DNA of 64,000 bases. It comes from Lingula anatina (taxonomy: Eukaryota; Animalia; Brachiopoda). The translations under genes were made by a program, and so were the position numbers. Where the stretch lies: NCBI GenBank assembly GCA_051362555.1, contig CM120648.1, positions 783,721-847,720 of the forward strand, written 5' to 3'. Below are positions 40,501-53,400 of the stretch, piece after piece (the stretch's first letter is position 1; every line of letters starts with the position of its first letter). Under the pieces are notes generated by a model. That model saw only the letters and a program-made list of their open reading frames with translations. It was not told the origin of the DNA and did no database searches.

Positions 40501-42283
40501 AAGATAATTCGGTAATGGTCCAGTATGTATCAGTGTATCAGTATCACTAATTAGCCATATCTTTCTTGTTGTAAAACATACGCAATAATAAAATTAGTCG
40601 GACTATCACTGTTTTTTCTGGGGTCAAAGTAAATATTAAAGTGGGGATCAATTTTTCTGACTGATTATGTCTGTGACTGAATCGAGTTTTGTTAAGATGT
40701 CTGACGTCGATGAAAAAAATTGAGATGGTCTAGATACATTAAATGATCTCCCAAATATCCAATGTGTGTGTGTGTGAGTGTGTGTGTGTGTGTGTATGTG
40801 CGTGTGAGTGTGTGCTACGTGCACAGGGTAATTATCAAGGTAGAAAAAATGATGAAACTAAAATTAGCATAAGTTAAGATACCAAATAATTTCCTGAACA
40901 TAGTGCGACCGACCAAAGAAAAGCAGTAGAGAGTGTGTGTATGTACGTGTGCGTGCGCATGCGTGTGTGTATTTTACCATTCTAGTCATCAAGGCAGCGG
41001 ACGGACTGACTAAACTCCGCCTCAAATTGTGACGGTCAAGCATCTGCTGTTTTTCAGCGTCTGACAATCCATTGTCTCCTCTCTTGACGACAGCGGAAAA
41101 TGCTTCAATAGTCGAGCAATAACATATAAAATTACACATCGATAAAGTAAGCATTTCCTTCAAAAAATAGATATGTGATATTTTACTCCTTAATATTGCA
41201 AAAAAAAAAAAGAAAAAAGAAAGAAAGAATATGCCAATACTGAATCTGAATTTAGAAATTAAGTATAGAGAAAGAAAGAAAGAAGATCGTCCTAGAAGAC
41301 GGCCTCCGTGCGCCCCTGAAGTACACAGATAAATAAAAAGTTGGATCAACTGAAGTCGCTGTGCCACCATGCTAAAATAACATTGATCACGCTGAAGTAG
41401 GAGGATGGCAAAACAAAAATAATGTTAAGTATAATAACTTGTTTAACTCGGAATCGAAGTGATTACTTCTACTACCACTACTACCTACTGGTTGTATTAA
41501 GCATGGCAGTTAAGTCAAAACGAATACTGGTACGAGCATTATATGTCTATTTTTTTGCAATTAAATGTAATAGAGCAAGCTATTTCAAAAATTACGTGCT
41601 ATTTTCATAGAGACTCTTGCCAGTATCCAACATGTGGACACCTACCAAAACAACCCCCAAAACCAAAAAAAAAAAAAAGGAAAAAGATAGAGGTATATCT
41701 CTGTCTCTCTCTTTCTCTCTCACACACACACTCTCACACTCTCTCTTTCTCTCTCTCTTTCTCTCATTCTCTCTCACACACACTCTCACACACACTCTCA
41801 CTCTCTCACTCTCACTCTTTCACTCTCTCTCTCACACTCACTCTTTCTCTCACACTCTCTCTTTCTCTCTCCCTCTCTTTCTCTCTCTCTCTCTCTCTGA
41901 CTCTTTCTCTCTCTCACTCTCTCGCTCTCTCACTCACACTCTCTCACTCTCTTCCCCCCTCTCTCTCTCTCTTTAGGGCATCTATAAAGCATACCCCCCC
42001 CCTTCAATCTGCTTTCAATCTCTCTGGATATTGTCATTTTCCTCGACAGTTATTCGCATCCTCAGGCCAGAAAAAAATGTAACGGACGTAATAAGAAAAG
42101 TAAAATCTTTGCACCATCTGTACTTATCAAGATATCGCTGCGTGTTTGTACATGTAAAACGTTGCCAGTATTAATATATTTCAATATTACCGTTTTCTGC
42201 AATGTATACAAGCATGTCAACTGTGACTTACACTGTTCAGGCAAAAACGCTAAGGTAAGAATCAGCACTGTTAAAGTCAGCAT
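37564..42283 (-). CDS. CAP3: secreted CAP-EGF-like-ShKT-like protein, 8 exons, 296 aa, with a 9-aa in-frame deletion in exon 4
   Basis: Exons 42283-42232, 41102-40978, 40404-40180, 39992-39907 (VVWAASTKLGCGMKKCTSWYYVVCRYSPA), 38843-38743, 38482-38447, 38232-38119, 37715-37564 (..RYGSCPQMCKVCP*). 891 nt in frame. Confidence 0.88.
38903..39515. mobile_element. GAAT-rich repeat fragment in CAP3 intron 4 (homologous to 22101-22700)
   Basis: Begins tacccccgtcacacttaattggaatc; shared with CAP1 only. Confidence 0.5.
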
Positions 42284-42349
42284 TTTCTTCTGATAAGCAA
42301 TTTTTCTAGTGTCCGCCTCCGCAATGTGCAAATACAGACACAAAGGGCC

Positions 42350-42430
42350 TTTTATATATTTAAAGACAGCCGGGATACCCGGTTGCTCTATCATATAGCG
42401 TCGGATATGACGTCACACAGATCGACCAAT
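42350..42430 (-). promoter_or_regulatory. CAP3 promoter: TATA, CRE and CCAAT
   Basis: ttttata 42350, TGACGTCA 42408-42415, ccaat 42426-42430. Confidence 0.6.
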
Positions 42431-42746
42431 TATACCACAATTTATGCACAATTTGCCTCCGTTTTATTTATCAAAGCTGATGTGACATTTTAAAAACAAT
42501 GGGGACGGGGTCTAAAATGTTGGGAAAAGTGGTTTTAATTTTTTTTTTTTTTGGTATACCCCATTTGCACTTTTTATATTGGTGTTGTTTCAAATGTTTT
42601 TCTTCTACTGTATAATTACATTATATCAATCATTTTATCATCCAGTTACCGCAAGCAGTGTTTTAACACCTAAAAGTCAACAGTAGTGTATCAATTCTTT
42701 AACTATGTGTATGTGATATTTATCTCAGTGCTCAATGTAGTGCTAT

Positions 42747-44571
42747 ATTGCTAACAGAATGACCCAGAGACCTATCGCAGAGCTAAACTCCAACTGAAGA
42801 AGGCGATCAAAGAAGCTAAGAAATGCATGAAAAGCAAAATAGAGGAAAGCTTTAACACTAAGAACTCTAGGGAACTGTGGTCAAATATCTCCTTAATTAC
42901 TAACTACAAGGGCTCAAAACACTCTGCTGACAAAGGAGACGCGTCACTGCCGGACAAACTGAATGACTTTTATGCACGCTTTGATAAAGACAATAGTTCT
43001 TCTACAACGGTTTTACCTCCGACTTCCCAAGCTGACAATACTGAAGCAGTTCCGCTCACCGTTCACCCCTGGCAAGTAAAACGGCAATTTATGCGCCTCA
43101 ATGTTCGTAAGGCGTCTGGGCCAGATGGAATTTCACCTCGTGTTCTCAAACTCTGTGCTGACCAACTTGCGTACGTCTTTACTGTCATCTACAACTGGTC
43201 TCTACAAATCCGCAAAGTACCATTGCTCTGGAAGACGGCGTCTATCATCCCGGTACCAAAATCCAACCGAGTTACCAGCTTAAACGATCTCAGACCCGTG
43301 GCTCTGACTCCGGTGCCCATGAAAATTTTAGAAAAATTAGTTTTAAATTTTATTAAAGAAATTGTGCCAAAAACCTTGGACCCACTGCAATTCGCTTATC
43401 GATCTAACAGAAATGTTGAAGATGCAGTTAATCTGTGCCTACACACTGTACTACAACACTTAGATAACAAAAACTCTTATGCAAGGATTTTATTTATTGA
43501 CTACAGTTCAGCTTTTAACACAATTGTGCCAAAAAAACTATATTTGAAACTTTTAAACCATCTTAAGCTACCTGTTTTTATTTGTGACTGGATTTTAGAC
43601 TTTCTTTTAGATAGAAGACAATCTGTTAAAGTCGGCTCATTTAGCTCAAAAATAACAGTCTTAAATACCGGTGCACCACAGGGATGCGTCCTTTCACCTT
43701 GTCTTTACTCCCTTTTTACTTACGATTGCACTAGTGTAAGCGATGGGACTTTTCTCATGAAATTTGCGGACGATACTACGCTGGTGGGGCTAGTCACTGA
43801 TAATGACGAGAGTACATATAGAGAATCTGTTGAGTCGTTGTTAAGCTGGTGCGAGAGTAATGATCTTATCTTGAACGTAGCTAAAACCAAAGAAATGATA
43901 GTGGATTTTAGAAGGAATCAGAATGTAAAGGTACCACTCACCATTGGTAATGATGAAGTTAGTAGGGTAGAGGAATTTAAACTACTTGGTATACACCTTA
44001 ACAGTAAATTGAATTGGAAAGATAACACCGTAAAGAGTGTAAAGAAGGCACGGCAAAGACTGTATTTTTTAAGATCATTGAGAACTTTTACTGATAGTGT
44101 GCCTATTTTAGTCAATTTTTATAGGTGTGTAATTGAAAGCATTCTAGCGTACGGAATTATAATATGGTATAGCGGAACAGCTGGGGAGGAAAGGAAGAAA
44201 TTAGCAAACGTTGTAAAAACTGCAAGCAGGATTATCGGACAAGATCTCCCCAAGCTGGATGATATTTTTAAGGACAGGATGGAGAAAAGAATTGTCAACA
44301 CCATGAAAGACGCTTTCCATCCTGCATCCTCTCTTTTTACTTTTTTACCAAGCAACAGTAGACTTTTAACTTTTAAAGGCAGTAAACGCTTTTTAAACAG
44401 CTTTTATCCAAGTGCAGTGACGCATTTTAATTTGATCTCAAAGCTAAATTCTTAATTTATTTATTTATTTATTATTTTATTATTTTACTCTGTATATTGC
44501 TCCAATGGAAAATGATTTCCGATTTTTATAATTGGCTAAATAAACTCTTATCTTATCTTATCTTATCTTAT
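42747..44571 (+). mobile_element. 5'-truncated non-LTR retrotransposon, Rex1/Babar-type, with (TCTTA)n tail
   Basis: Interrupts the empty site gtgctat|gattttc seen upstream of CAP1 and CAP2. AATAAA followed by (tctta)5 at the 3' end. Possible 3-bp TAT duplication. Confidence 0.9.
42827..44455 (+). CDS. Reverse transcriptase ORF of the LINE; endonuclease domain lost by 5' truncation
   Basis: 542 aa uninterrupted with KASGPDG, LRPVALT, DPLQFAY, RILFIDYSSAFNT, GAPQGCVLSP, KFADDT, LNVAKTKEM and KKARQRLYFLR, motifs typical of Rex1/Babar RT. The frame stays open upstream (NDPETYRRAKLQLKKAIKEAKKC). Confidence 0.92.
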   Translation: MKSKIEESFNTKNSRELWSNISLITNYKGSKHSADKGDASLPDKLNDFYARFDKDNSSSTTVLPPTSQADNTEAVPLTVHPWQVKRQFMRLNVRKASGPDGISPRVLKLCADQLAYVFTVIYNWSLQIRKVPLLWKTASIIPVPKSNRVTSLNDLRPVALTPVPMKILEKLVLNFIKEIVPKTLDPLQFAYRSNRNVEDAVNLCLHTVLQHLDNKNSYARILFIDYSSAFNTIVPKKLYLKLLNHLKLPVFICDWILDFLLDRRQSVKVGSFSSKITVLNTGAPQGCVLSPCLYSLFTYDCTSVSDGTFLMKFADDTTLVGLVTDNDESTYRESVESLLSWCESNDLILNVAKTKEMIVDFRRNQNVKVPLTIGNDEVSRVEEFKLLGIHLNSKLNWKDNTVKSVKKARQRLYFLRSLRTFTDSVPILVNFYRCVIESILAYGIIIWYSGTAGEERKKLANVVKTASRIIGQDLPKLDDIFKDRMEKRIVNTMKDAFHPASSLFTFLPSNSRLLTFKGSKRFLNSFYPSAVTHFNLISKLNS

Positions 44572-44601
44572 GATTTTCATTTAACAATATTGTCACATTT
44601 A

Positions 44602-44641
<40 letters not shown>

Positions 44642-45029
44642 TTCAATTTGCACCACGTTTTCTAACTTTTATAAAAAGCAGTTAATTAACTGCAGAATGT
44701 CATACCAAAACAAAATAAAACAGATGAATGTATCACGCCAGTTAAACTGCATGCAGAGGGTAAAAAAAATCATAAATTGGTAGGCCTACTGATTACCTTT
44801 TTTGGCAAAAGTTAGCTTACTTGCCCCCCAAAAAAAGGTAAACAGTATACACTCCCTGTACTTGGGGCTTTAAAATATATTTAAAAAAATACATGGGTGC
44901 CTTTGATGAGGACATTTAATGTCAATTCCGAGAAAAATTCTTAGCTGAGGCTGGAAACTGTTGAATGCATAAACATATGTGTAGATCCGCGTATGATGCT
45001 CTGCATGCGTTTCAGGCCTACCCAAATAC

Positions 45030-45547
45030 CAGACTCGGCACCTAAGGATCCTGAATTAACCGGTATATCGGACCACACTACCCGTTTTCAAGGTGTGTGT
45101 CAGATAGCATTTCGGAATATCATACCCCAGAACAAATTTTGTAGGACGACTGCGAGCTCATCCACGCTCGGCTGAACAACCTTAAACAGTCTTACTTTAG
45201 AGTACTCTATTTCATTGTCTCTATGGGGGTATATGGGGACTTTACGACATTCTGTTTGAATGTTTTAACCACTTTTGATAGGGCTTTTTTTTTTTTTGCA
45301 TTGTATTAGATTAATGTGGCAGTCTAAGGTTCATCTAGGTGGCTTTCAAATTTATGCACCCGGTATTAAAATCATATAGCGATTAAATACGACAATCGTT
45401 TACTATCCAATCAAGGTGACAGCCGATTGTGAGCTCATCCTGTCGGTGTTCTGACTGATACTCCGAAATGCGATCTGACACACACCTTGAAAACGGGTAG
45501 TGTGGTCCGATATACCGGTTAATTCAGGATCCTTAGTGCCGAGTCTG
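45030..45547. mobile_element. ~518-bp non-autonomous element with ~90-bp near-perfect terminal inverted repeats
   Basis: cagactcggcacctaaggatcctgaattaaccggtatatcggaccacactacccgttttcaaggtgtgtgtcagat.. mirrored at 45457-45547. Absent from the paralogous site ctgcatgcatttgg near 35137. Confidence 0.85.
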
Positions 45548-46230
45548 CATTTGGACGTTGAAAGAGCAGAGAAGTAAGAAACACCAGATGGACAGGGAGC
45601 AAGAATAATTGTTCCATATCACCTAATTAAGATTTCAAAAACATTATTTAGAAAAATCTCAGGTAGGACATCCATTCCTTCTTCCAACCCCCCTCTCTTA
45701 AGCTTTTACGTAAACTGTACAGTACAAACAGGGATAATTAGCACACGTGTAAAGAGTGACATATTCATGTGATCTTGCACGGGAAAATAATGGATAATTT
45801 AACTTCATTACAAGCCTTTTAACCAACAGTAAAAAATGAGCATACAGGTTATGATTTTATAGTCGTATCTAAAAAGTGAACCACATTTATCGATGAATTA
45901 GCAGCAGTAAGTGGCTCGCACCTGTCACCAACGGGGGAAATTGTTCAAAATTGTGAATTTACTTGTAATTATTGGTAATCGAGGAACCCTCAACTCTTAG
46001 CACCAGCGCAAGTATACCCTGTACTAGTATCAAACCACAGCCGTCGTGTCACCTTCCTAAATTTTCACCAATCCATACAATGTACATTTTTCTTGATACA
46101 GATCTCTTGCTGATGAAACAGACGAGTGGAATATTGGTAAATAATCCTCCTTTTTTGAGGGGTGGGGGTGACATTGGATAAGTTGCACATATTTTCATAG
46201 TGATATTTTCGGTAATACTCATATACCTAT

Positions 46231-48714
46231 TAGTCCGGTGGCTTAAGGAAAAAATCGTGACACGGCGGATAAAAGCACCAAATTTTGCATGTGGGTACCT
46301 TTTGACATTCTAAATCAAATTAGAGCCGTAGCCCTCTCAAACAATTTACCGTTTGGTAAAAAAATCCAAAATGGCCGCCAATTTGTGGAATTCTTTAGAA
46401 ATATGTACATACCCATGTTGATTTTTATCAAATAAATTATTTTCTCAGAGTTTTCCACACCCTAATTACCCATTTTTTTCATATATGTCAGATAGCAAAT
46501 AAATTCCCTTGGACTTTTTGAAAAAATCCAAGATGGCTGTCATATGCCATAGAAACAGCCATAGGAATACTAGTGCACAACTAATACCAGCTAGAAAGAT
46601 ACGTTGTCCACTATTAAATTAAGTCTGTTTCTCAGATTTTTGTTACCCACATAATATGTTTGTGGTGAGTAACTACGAAGTGTTCTTGGGCATTTAGGAA
46701 AATCCAAGATGGCTGCCATGTGCCACAGGAATTCTAGTATACAAAGGATTCAACTAATGGCAACTGGAAAGATTAATTTTCCACTATCAAATTAAGTTTG
46801 TTTCTGAGTGTTTTCCACATCCTTTCCACCCACACAATATGTATGTGGTGAGTAACTAACATGCAATCTTGGGCATTTTGAGAAAATCCAAGATGGCCGC
46901 CATATGTCATAGGAATTCTTATAGTATTACAAAGGGTTAGAACTAATGTCAGCTAGGAAAAACATAATTCACTATCAAATTCAGTTTATTTTTTCAGTGT
47001 TTTACACATTATTATTACACTGTGATACATATCTAGCAGGTAATAAATGTGCATATTTGATCATTTTGAGAAAATCCAAGATGGCCATCATTGGCCATAG
47101 GAATACTACTGGAATTACAACTGCACATCCATGGCTTTTCATCTACTACCAGGGTGAAACTGTGTTTGCTTATCAAGTTTTGCCCATCCTTATTAGTCCT
47201 ATGATAAATATCTAGTGGGTAAATAGTGTGCATCCTTGGATATTCTGAGAAAATCCAAGATAGCTACAATCTGACATAGGAATACTAATGGGTGGGTTTC
47301 AATTGCTGCATGTGGTTCATTATACGATAACATTACCATGGGTTTGTTTTAAAAATAATTTACGTTTTTCTTTCCATTTATTATTACCCCTATGATGTAT
47401 ACCTCATCTGTAGCATGTGTGTATCTTTGGGTATTCTGAAAAATTCAAGATGTCTGCCTTTTGTCATTAGAATATCCGTACACATAATCAAATAATGCCA
47501 GAGATACACAGAGTCCAATTTAAATGTAGTTAACTTTAGATTGTTTTAAATGTTTTCCCTTTCATATCCTATTTATCCTTTTGAAAGACTGTGTGTGTAG
47601 AAACTGTATGTATCCTTGAGTACTATTCAGAGAAAACCCAAAATAGCTGCCACTTGCGATAGGAATATGTCATTCAAATGCACATAGGTGTCAATTAATT
47701 AATGGAACAGTTTAGACATTGATTCCAACATGAAATATAGTCGTTTAATGTTAAAACATGTTTGCATCCTTATTATCTTACTCTATATAAATCTGGTGTG
47801 TAGCAAGTGTGGAGCTTGCGTATTTGAGAAAATTCAAGATTGCTGCAATTCACAATAGGAATAGTACAGTCAACTAGTGCCAGAGAGACATTGGGTTCAA
47901 TATAAAATGAAATAAAATAAAAAATCAGGGTCATTATGATATTTTGTCAAAATACTTAAGGGTACACACTTGTTACCCACCAGACAGATATCTCAAAGTT
48001 CAAAAAGAATGTGGGAAATGCCGAGAAACAAAATATCATAATGACCCTGATTTGCCTTAGAAGTGCCTATAAAATCCAATGCACCAGTTTTCCTATGGGG
48101 AAAAGAAGGCCATCTTGGATTTCCCCAAAATGATCAAATATGAACATTAATTACCTAGCAGATATGTATCATGGGATTATAATGATAATAATAATTATAA
48201 TAATAATAAAAGAAAAACAACTGAATTTAGCTTCATTTTATATGGAAGCCTATCTCTCGCAGGTATTAACTTAACCCCACCTTCTATGGCTATAATGACA
48301 GCCATTTTGTTTTGTTTTGTTTTCAAAAAGGATACACATAACATTCTCATCACATATATATTATGTGGATTAAAAAGATGTGGAAAATACTCAGAAACAA
48401 ACCTAATTTATCAATTAAAATTATATCTCCAAGGCAGAAGAAGCCCTATGTGTATACTATTGTGTTCCTTTGATATGGCGGCCATCTTGTTTTTTTTTCG
48501 AAATGCCTGAGAATAAAGGTTAGTAACTCACCACAAATATATTATTTCTGTAATTTGGCGGCCATTTTGGATTTTTTGGCCAAACGTAATTTTTTTCCGT
48601 GGGCTACGGCTCTAATTTGATTTAGTATGTCAAAAGGTACCCACATGCAAAATTTGGTGCTTTTATCCGCCGTGTCACGATTTGGCCATTTTTTTGCCCT
48701 AAGCTACTGGACTA
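46231..48714. mobile_element. ~2.5-kb non-autonomous DNA transposon, Academ-like (TAG..CTA ends, 3-bp TSD, ~150-bp TIR)
   Basis: TSD TAT at 46228-46230 and 48715-48717; empty site cctatataagtgg near 27485 and 35827. TIR tagtccRgtRgctta..atcgtgacacggcggataaaagcaccaaattttgcatgtgggtacc... No transposase ORF. Superfamily call rests only on termini and TSD. Confidence 0.82.
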
Positions 48715-50426
48715 TATATAAGTGGTTCTTTGGAGAGTAGATGTATGTTTCCATGTTTTGATAATGGAGGGGTAATAACGACCTGGGGTTCACAAGTGTT
48801 TAAAAGACCAAAAAACAGTGAATCTTATTTATTCAATTTCGACTTTGAATTAAATTCAGTGTCCATTCGTGTACTTTGGCATTTGTTGCAAGGTGATGGT
48901 GGCTTATATATGTTGTTTGGTGGAGCCTAGAAAAAACCTGCAGTGCAGAAACCACCAAATAGACCAATCACAGACAAGCGTAGTGCTGTGAGAAAAATAA
49001 GTGATTTGTGATAAAATTGTGGGAAAAATTAGTGACTGTTTACATGTACAAACAGAGGGGTGCACGTGTTCAAGTACTTCCGGTAAAAAAAGTAGCTTCG
49101 CAACAGTATAGTTTTGTGCCATTTGTCAGCTGTCCATGAGAATGAGAAATGTTTCACCAAGTAATTTTGTTCATGCAGTTTTGCAGGCATTTCTTAGTAT
49201 GGTCGTCAATGGAAAATATTTGGTGGTTTCTGACCTTCTTTCATCTCTGCCTTCGACACCGAAGTTTTCGGCACGCGTAGTTTTCGCCAGTGGTTAATGA
49301 CTTCCGCTCCGCCATTGGGCCAGATTGCTCTCTTATCACACCTAACACATTGCACGGCTGCTGCAGGATCTGAGAATGGTCTCTAGCAAATTTGTTAAGT
49401 CTACCCAATTGTCTGGTTTAAAAGTCTTATGCTGATTTTATTTCAAAATGTAGTGAGTGTACGCGTTGTATGTAGTGGGTGTATAAGACAGGCGTTCATA
49501 TCAGTCAAGGGGATACTTCGGTTTCTGAAAAAAGTCACACCAATGTTCCCCTCTTGGAATTAGGATTTTGACTAAGCTAATTTATGGAACTAAACCATAC
49601 CAAATGGCACCGTTCGCCATCTAAAATACACAAAGTTTTCGGGGCCCTTCAGTGGGCCCCGAACCCCACGCCAACCCTTTGTCTTTATTGAGGCAATACC
49701 AAAGTTTTTGTTTGTTCTCGTGTAAAGTTCCAAAATACATGAAAATAAATTCATAATAATCTCGTCGTTTTTATTCTTTTCCATTTCAGAAAGCATACCC
49801 TGACTTTCTTGTTTTCAACCTTGTTTCAAAAAATTTCAAAATATTCAAGTCATTTTGGCCGTTTCTTCACCGTATTTATTTCACAGAGTAGAGCAAAGAA
49901 CCATAATGGATGATGTGGCATAGAAAAGTTTATAGAAAATGTGAAGCAATCGCTCATCATCCTGCACACAATTTGGTTGTGGCATATTTAATCAACATAT
50001 TTTGTTTGCTTGTTCTGCTAAACATTTTTCAGAGATGGAAAGTTGGGAGGTTAATGTGTTTAGACAGCACAGTAAACGGTTATGTAAAGTAAAAAAAAAT
50101 GGAAACACCCTCACGACAGCCGGTAGCTTTAAAAAAAAATAACCAGTTTACTTTTTCTGAAAATTGAAGAGACTTTTAGGGTCACGCTTGAAGGCATATT
50201 TCTTTTCTTTCACATCATTCAAGAAAGAAAAAGAAACCTTTCTTAATCACCATATCCAACGGCAAAATAAATAGTTCTTATTCTGAATAAATAGTTGTTC
50301 ATCGTTCTCATCACATGTAAGCTATAGTGACCTAAAATCGGTGTCATATGTCTTCTACAATCTTCCAGTTGGTACCAGTCACTCAAAATGGTCAAATAGG
50401 TCACGTGATCTCTGAACGTCCGGAAG

Positions 50427-53400
50427 TTAAGGACACAAATTGCACAACTGTGGACAGCTCCCGTACTTGACTACTGCCCCGTTGACTATCATGTTGTCTG
50501 CGCAAGTATTTGGATTATCTGCCCACTGGCTGCAATACCACTTATCTTTCCCATTGTCGCCCATCTGAGCACAGTCATCTGTAAAGATAAGAGTTATACA
50601 CATGTATGTATCGCAACTGATTCTGTAAATGTACATATACAAATTTACTTTAGCTAGCACTTGTATACGTAATATATGTATTTGATAATTGATATTAGTT
50701 GTGGCCAAGTCTGTGAACAGAGTGAACAGACGAAACAGTCAACCAGTAAGGTACCAGTAAATTAAATATCTGGATCTATCATAAATGAAAATTTCTGATT
50801 GTATTTGATAATGTTTTGTAATATTTAGCCTTTTGGCATGCGATGATACTGTACTACATCCAATATGCAATAGCGTTGTGCTGAGGTTGTTATGTATGTC
50901 ACACTATACATATAAAAAAACATAACCGTGGTATTTTGTAAGTCTCGACTCACGTATAACAATCTTATGTTAAATACTCACACTGCTCACAGGTGGCGCC
51001 AGTGAAGTATTGTGCGCAGTCACAGCCGCAAGTTTCGTAGTTGGGGGTTCCTCCATTTTTGCAATCAAACAGCTGTCCGCCACAGGGCTGCTCGCCTGCA
51101 GACAAAGGGTGTAGACTTGACGGGATTAAATTTCAACACCAAGTTATTTTCAAATCAGTGGGAGTCATGGGAGATACTTTTAATTCTAATTGTTTTTTAA
51201 AAGCACATCTTGAAAATATTCATGCATTTTGATGACTTGGTTTATTCTGCATACTAATAGCAGATACAGAAAATTTTATGATTAGAATAGCAGTGAGGCA
51301 AACTTACGACAGTGATCAGGGTGGGTTGAGCATTCCTCTCTGGTAACTGTAACAACCAAAATCATTGTGTATAATCCGACTAAAGCTCTCAGGCACGCTT
51401 TCGGCACATTGTGTAGAAATTTCACAGTTTGAAATTTCATTATTATGAGTAACGCTACAACACACGTCAACTTTTATCAGAAAATTAGTGTGATATTGCC
51501 ATGAAATCATAAAATGTACAAGAGAGAGAGAGAGAAAGTTTTCCTTCCAATACTGTATACCAACAATAATCAGTTACTCAGTACGTACGACAGAGTTTGT
51601 TTCGGCATTCTCCGGTCAAGTCGGAGTTGCTCACACATCCCGAGCAGCTTGTTCCTTGAGTATAGGGCGCACTGCCCTTCACGTTACCTCTGGAGATATA
51701 AATATATATAAATAAATAAGTAAAATACCGAAAACTAGAGATTCATACAGCACGTGGTCAACCGCCAACACGTTAATTACAATATGGGGCACACATTATA
51801 TATTTTTTACGAAAGTTGTTCCTGGAATCACTCCTTGCCCTCTAGTGCATGTAAAACTGCCTATCTTGTAAATTTCATCATGGTTTGTAAAGCAATTTGA
51901 TATCTAGTCCATAAATCAATGCCGATGCTAACGTAATGATCTATTATTTAACAATCTGATTTCCCTGATGGTCCCATGGGCTATTTTCGTTACCCGCGAA
52001 AGCCCATTTCTTATTTCCCGAGATGCGTGAAACGTTCATATTATTTAGCCTGATTCGTGAATTAAGGGCATCCCATGACCTTTGAATGCGGCGATTTATC
52101 CTCTTTGCTTCTTGTGGCAAAATGCCCGGTAATTTGTGATTTTCAGGACTTCCGACTCGCGTGATCAATGAGATATGAATAAAGTTCGGGCGGATTGAGG
52201 CCGTCTTCTGGGTCTTCCGGAATACGGTCAGATTTTCAAGTTTATATTGACGGGCATCAAATTTTTCTGTCGGAAGACGGTCAGAATTGGAGGATGGATC
52301 AACAAAGATAATTTGGAAAACTGATAGCTCTGGATCCGCCCCTGTTAAAGTTTTATTTACTGTGATTTGTGAATTTATGGTGCTATGGTGCTTTTTCTCG
52401 TGAATTGTGATCACACAAACCCCTCCCCAAGAAAAACCCAGTCCCTTTTTAACGAACCTTCCAGGGGGTTCTTGTCTGAAAAAGTGATAGGGCAAAGGAC
52501 AAATTAAGCCGCCCACACCCCATCATTACTTGCTTCAACAAAAAAGGAGCAAGAAGATAATTAAAAGCGCCAGGCTGTTTTTTTTTTTTCCATACTCACG
52601 CAGGCGAATATCTGCAGACGATATAGTACCACAGGGAAGAACTAGGAAACGGCGATCCCGTGGTGCACTTCTTCATACCACAACCGAGTTTGTTACTGGC
52701 AGCCCAGACGACCTAAAGGGAAAGAGAAAGTATTCGTTCACGGATGAATTTCTTCACACCGTCTGAGCATATAATGCCACATAATATTGCTAGGGGTAGA
52801 AGAAAATGTGAACTTACCTAATCGCTGCAATGTCGTATTTTGACTTCATAATGACGTCTTTGAAAAACTAACTTTTTTCTTTATCTAAACTAACCTGCGT
52901 ATAGTGTCCACAGTTTTTATTAGGAGGAGGATTGCATGAGTTGGAGGACAACGTGTACCACTGTTTCTCATTGTCCCAGTCGTCCACGGCGGCAGTTACT
53001 CCCGGAGGAGCGGTGGAAGCATACAAGTTCTCACCATAATTCCCGCTGCTGTGGCCGTAGTTACAGCCATTCGCCCACGCCTGTGCACCTGCAGCAAGTC
53101 CGTCGTCCCACATCTGAAAAAAACAAAAAAAACAAAAAAAAAATTGAATTTCTTCTCAGGGTGTCCCAAGGCCGCACTGAAGTCTGACTGGTCTTAACTT
53201 TCTTAAAAATCCGTCCAACTCATTTCAAGATAATGTTGTAAAGCAAATGACATACACTTTCGTTTCTAACACGTGTAAAACTCATGCATACTCGAGATGG
53301 ACAAAGTCCAAGCATGAGTAATTCGGAAAACATTTTAAATATTTTAAATTAAAAACAAGTCTCAATGGAATTACTAAATTAGGAAATATTGAATAGCGTT

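Noticed and set aside
42827-44455. Domesticated or novel RT system linked to the CAP array, such as a diversity generator
   Set aside because: Ordinary Rex1/Babar-type LINE: 5' truncated, tandem-repeat tail, clean empty sites in paralogous spacers and no template/variable repeat pair.
46361-47860. Regularly spaced repeats as a possible CRISPR array
   Set aside because: Eukaryotic context. Units are 160-195 bp and degenerate, spacers are related to one another, there are no cas genes, and the array is enclosed by TIRs and a TSD.
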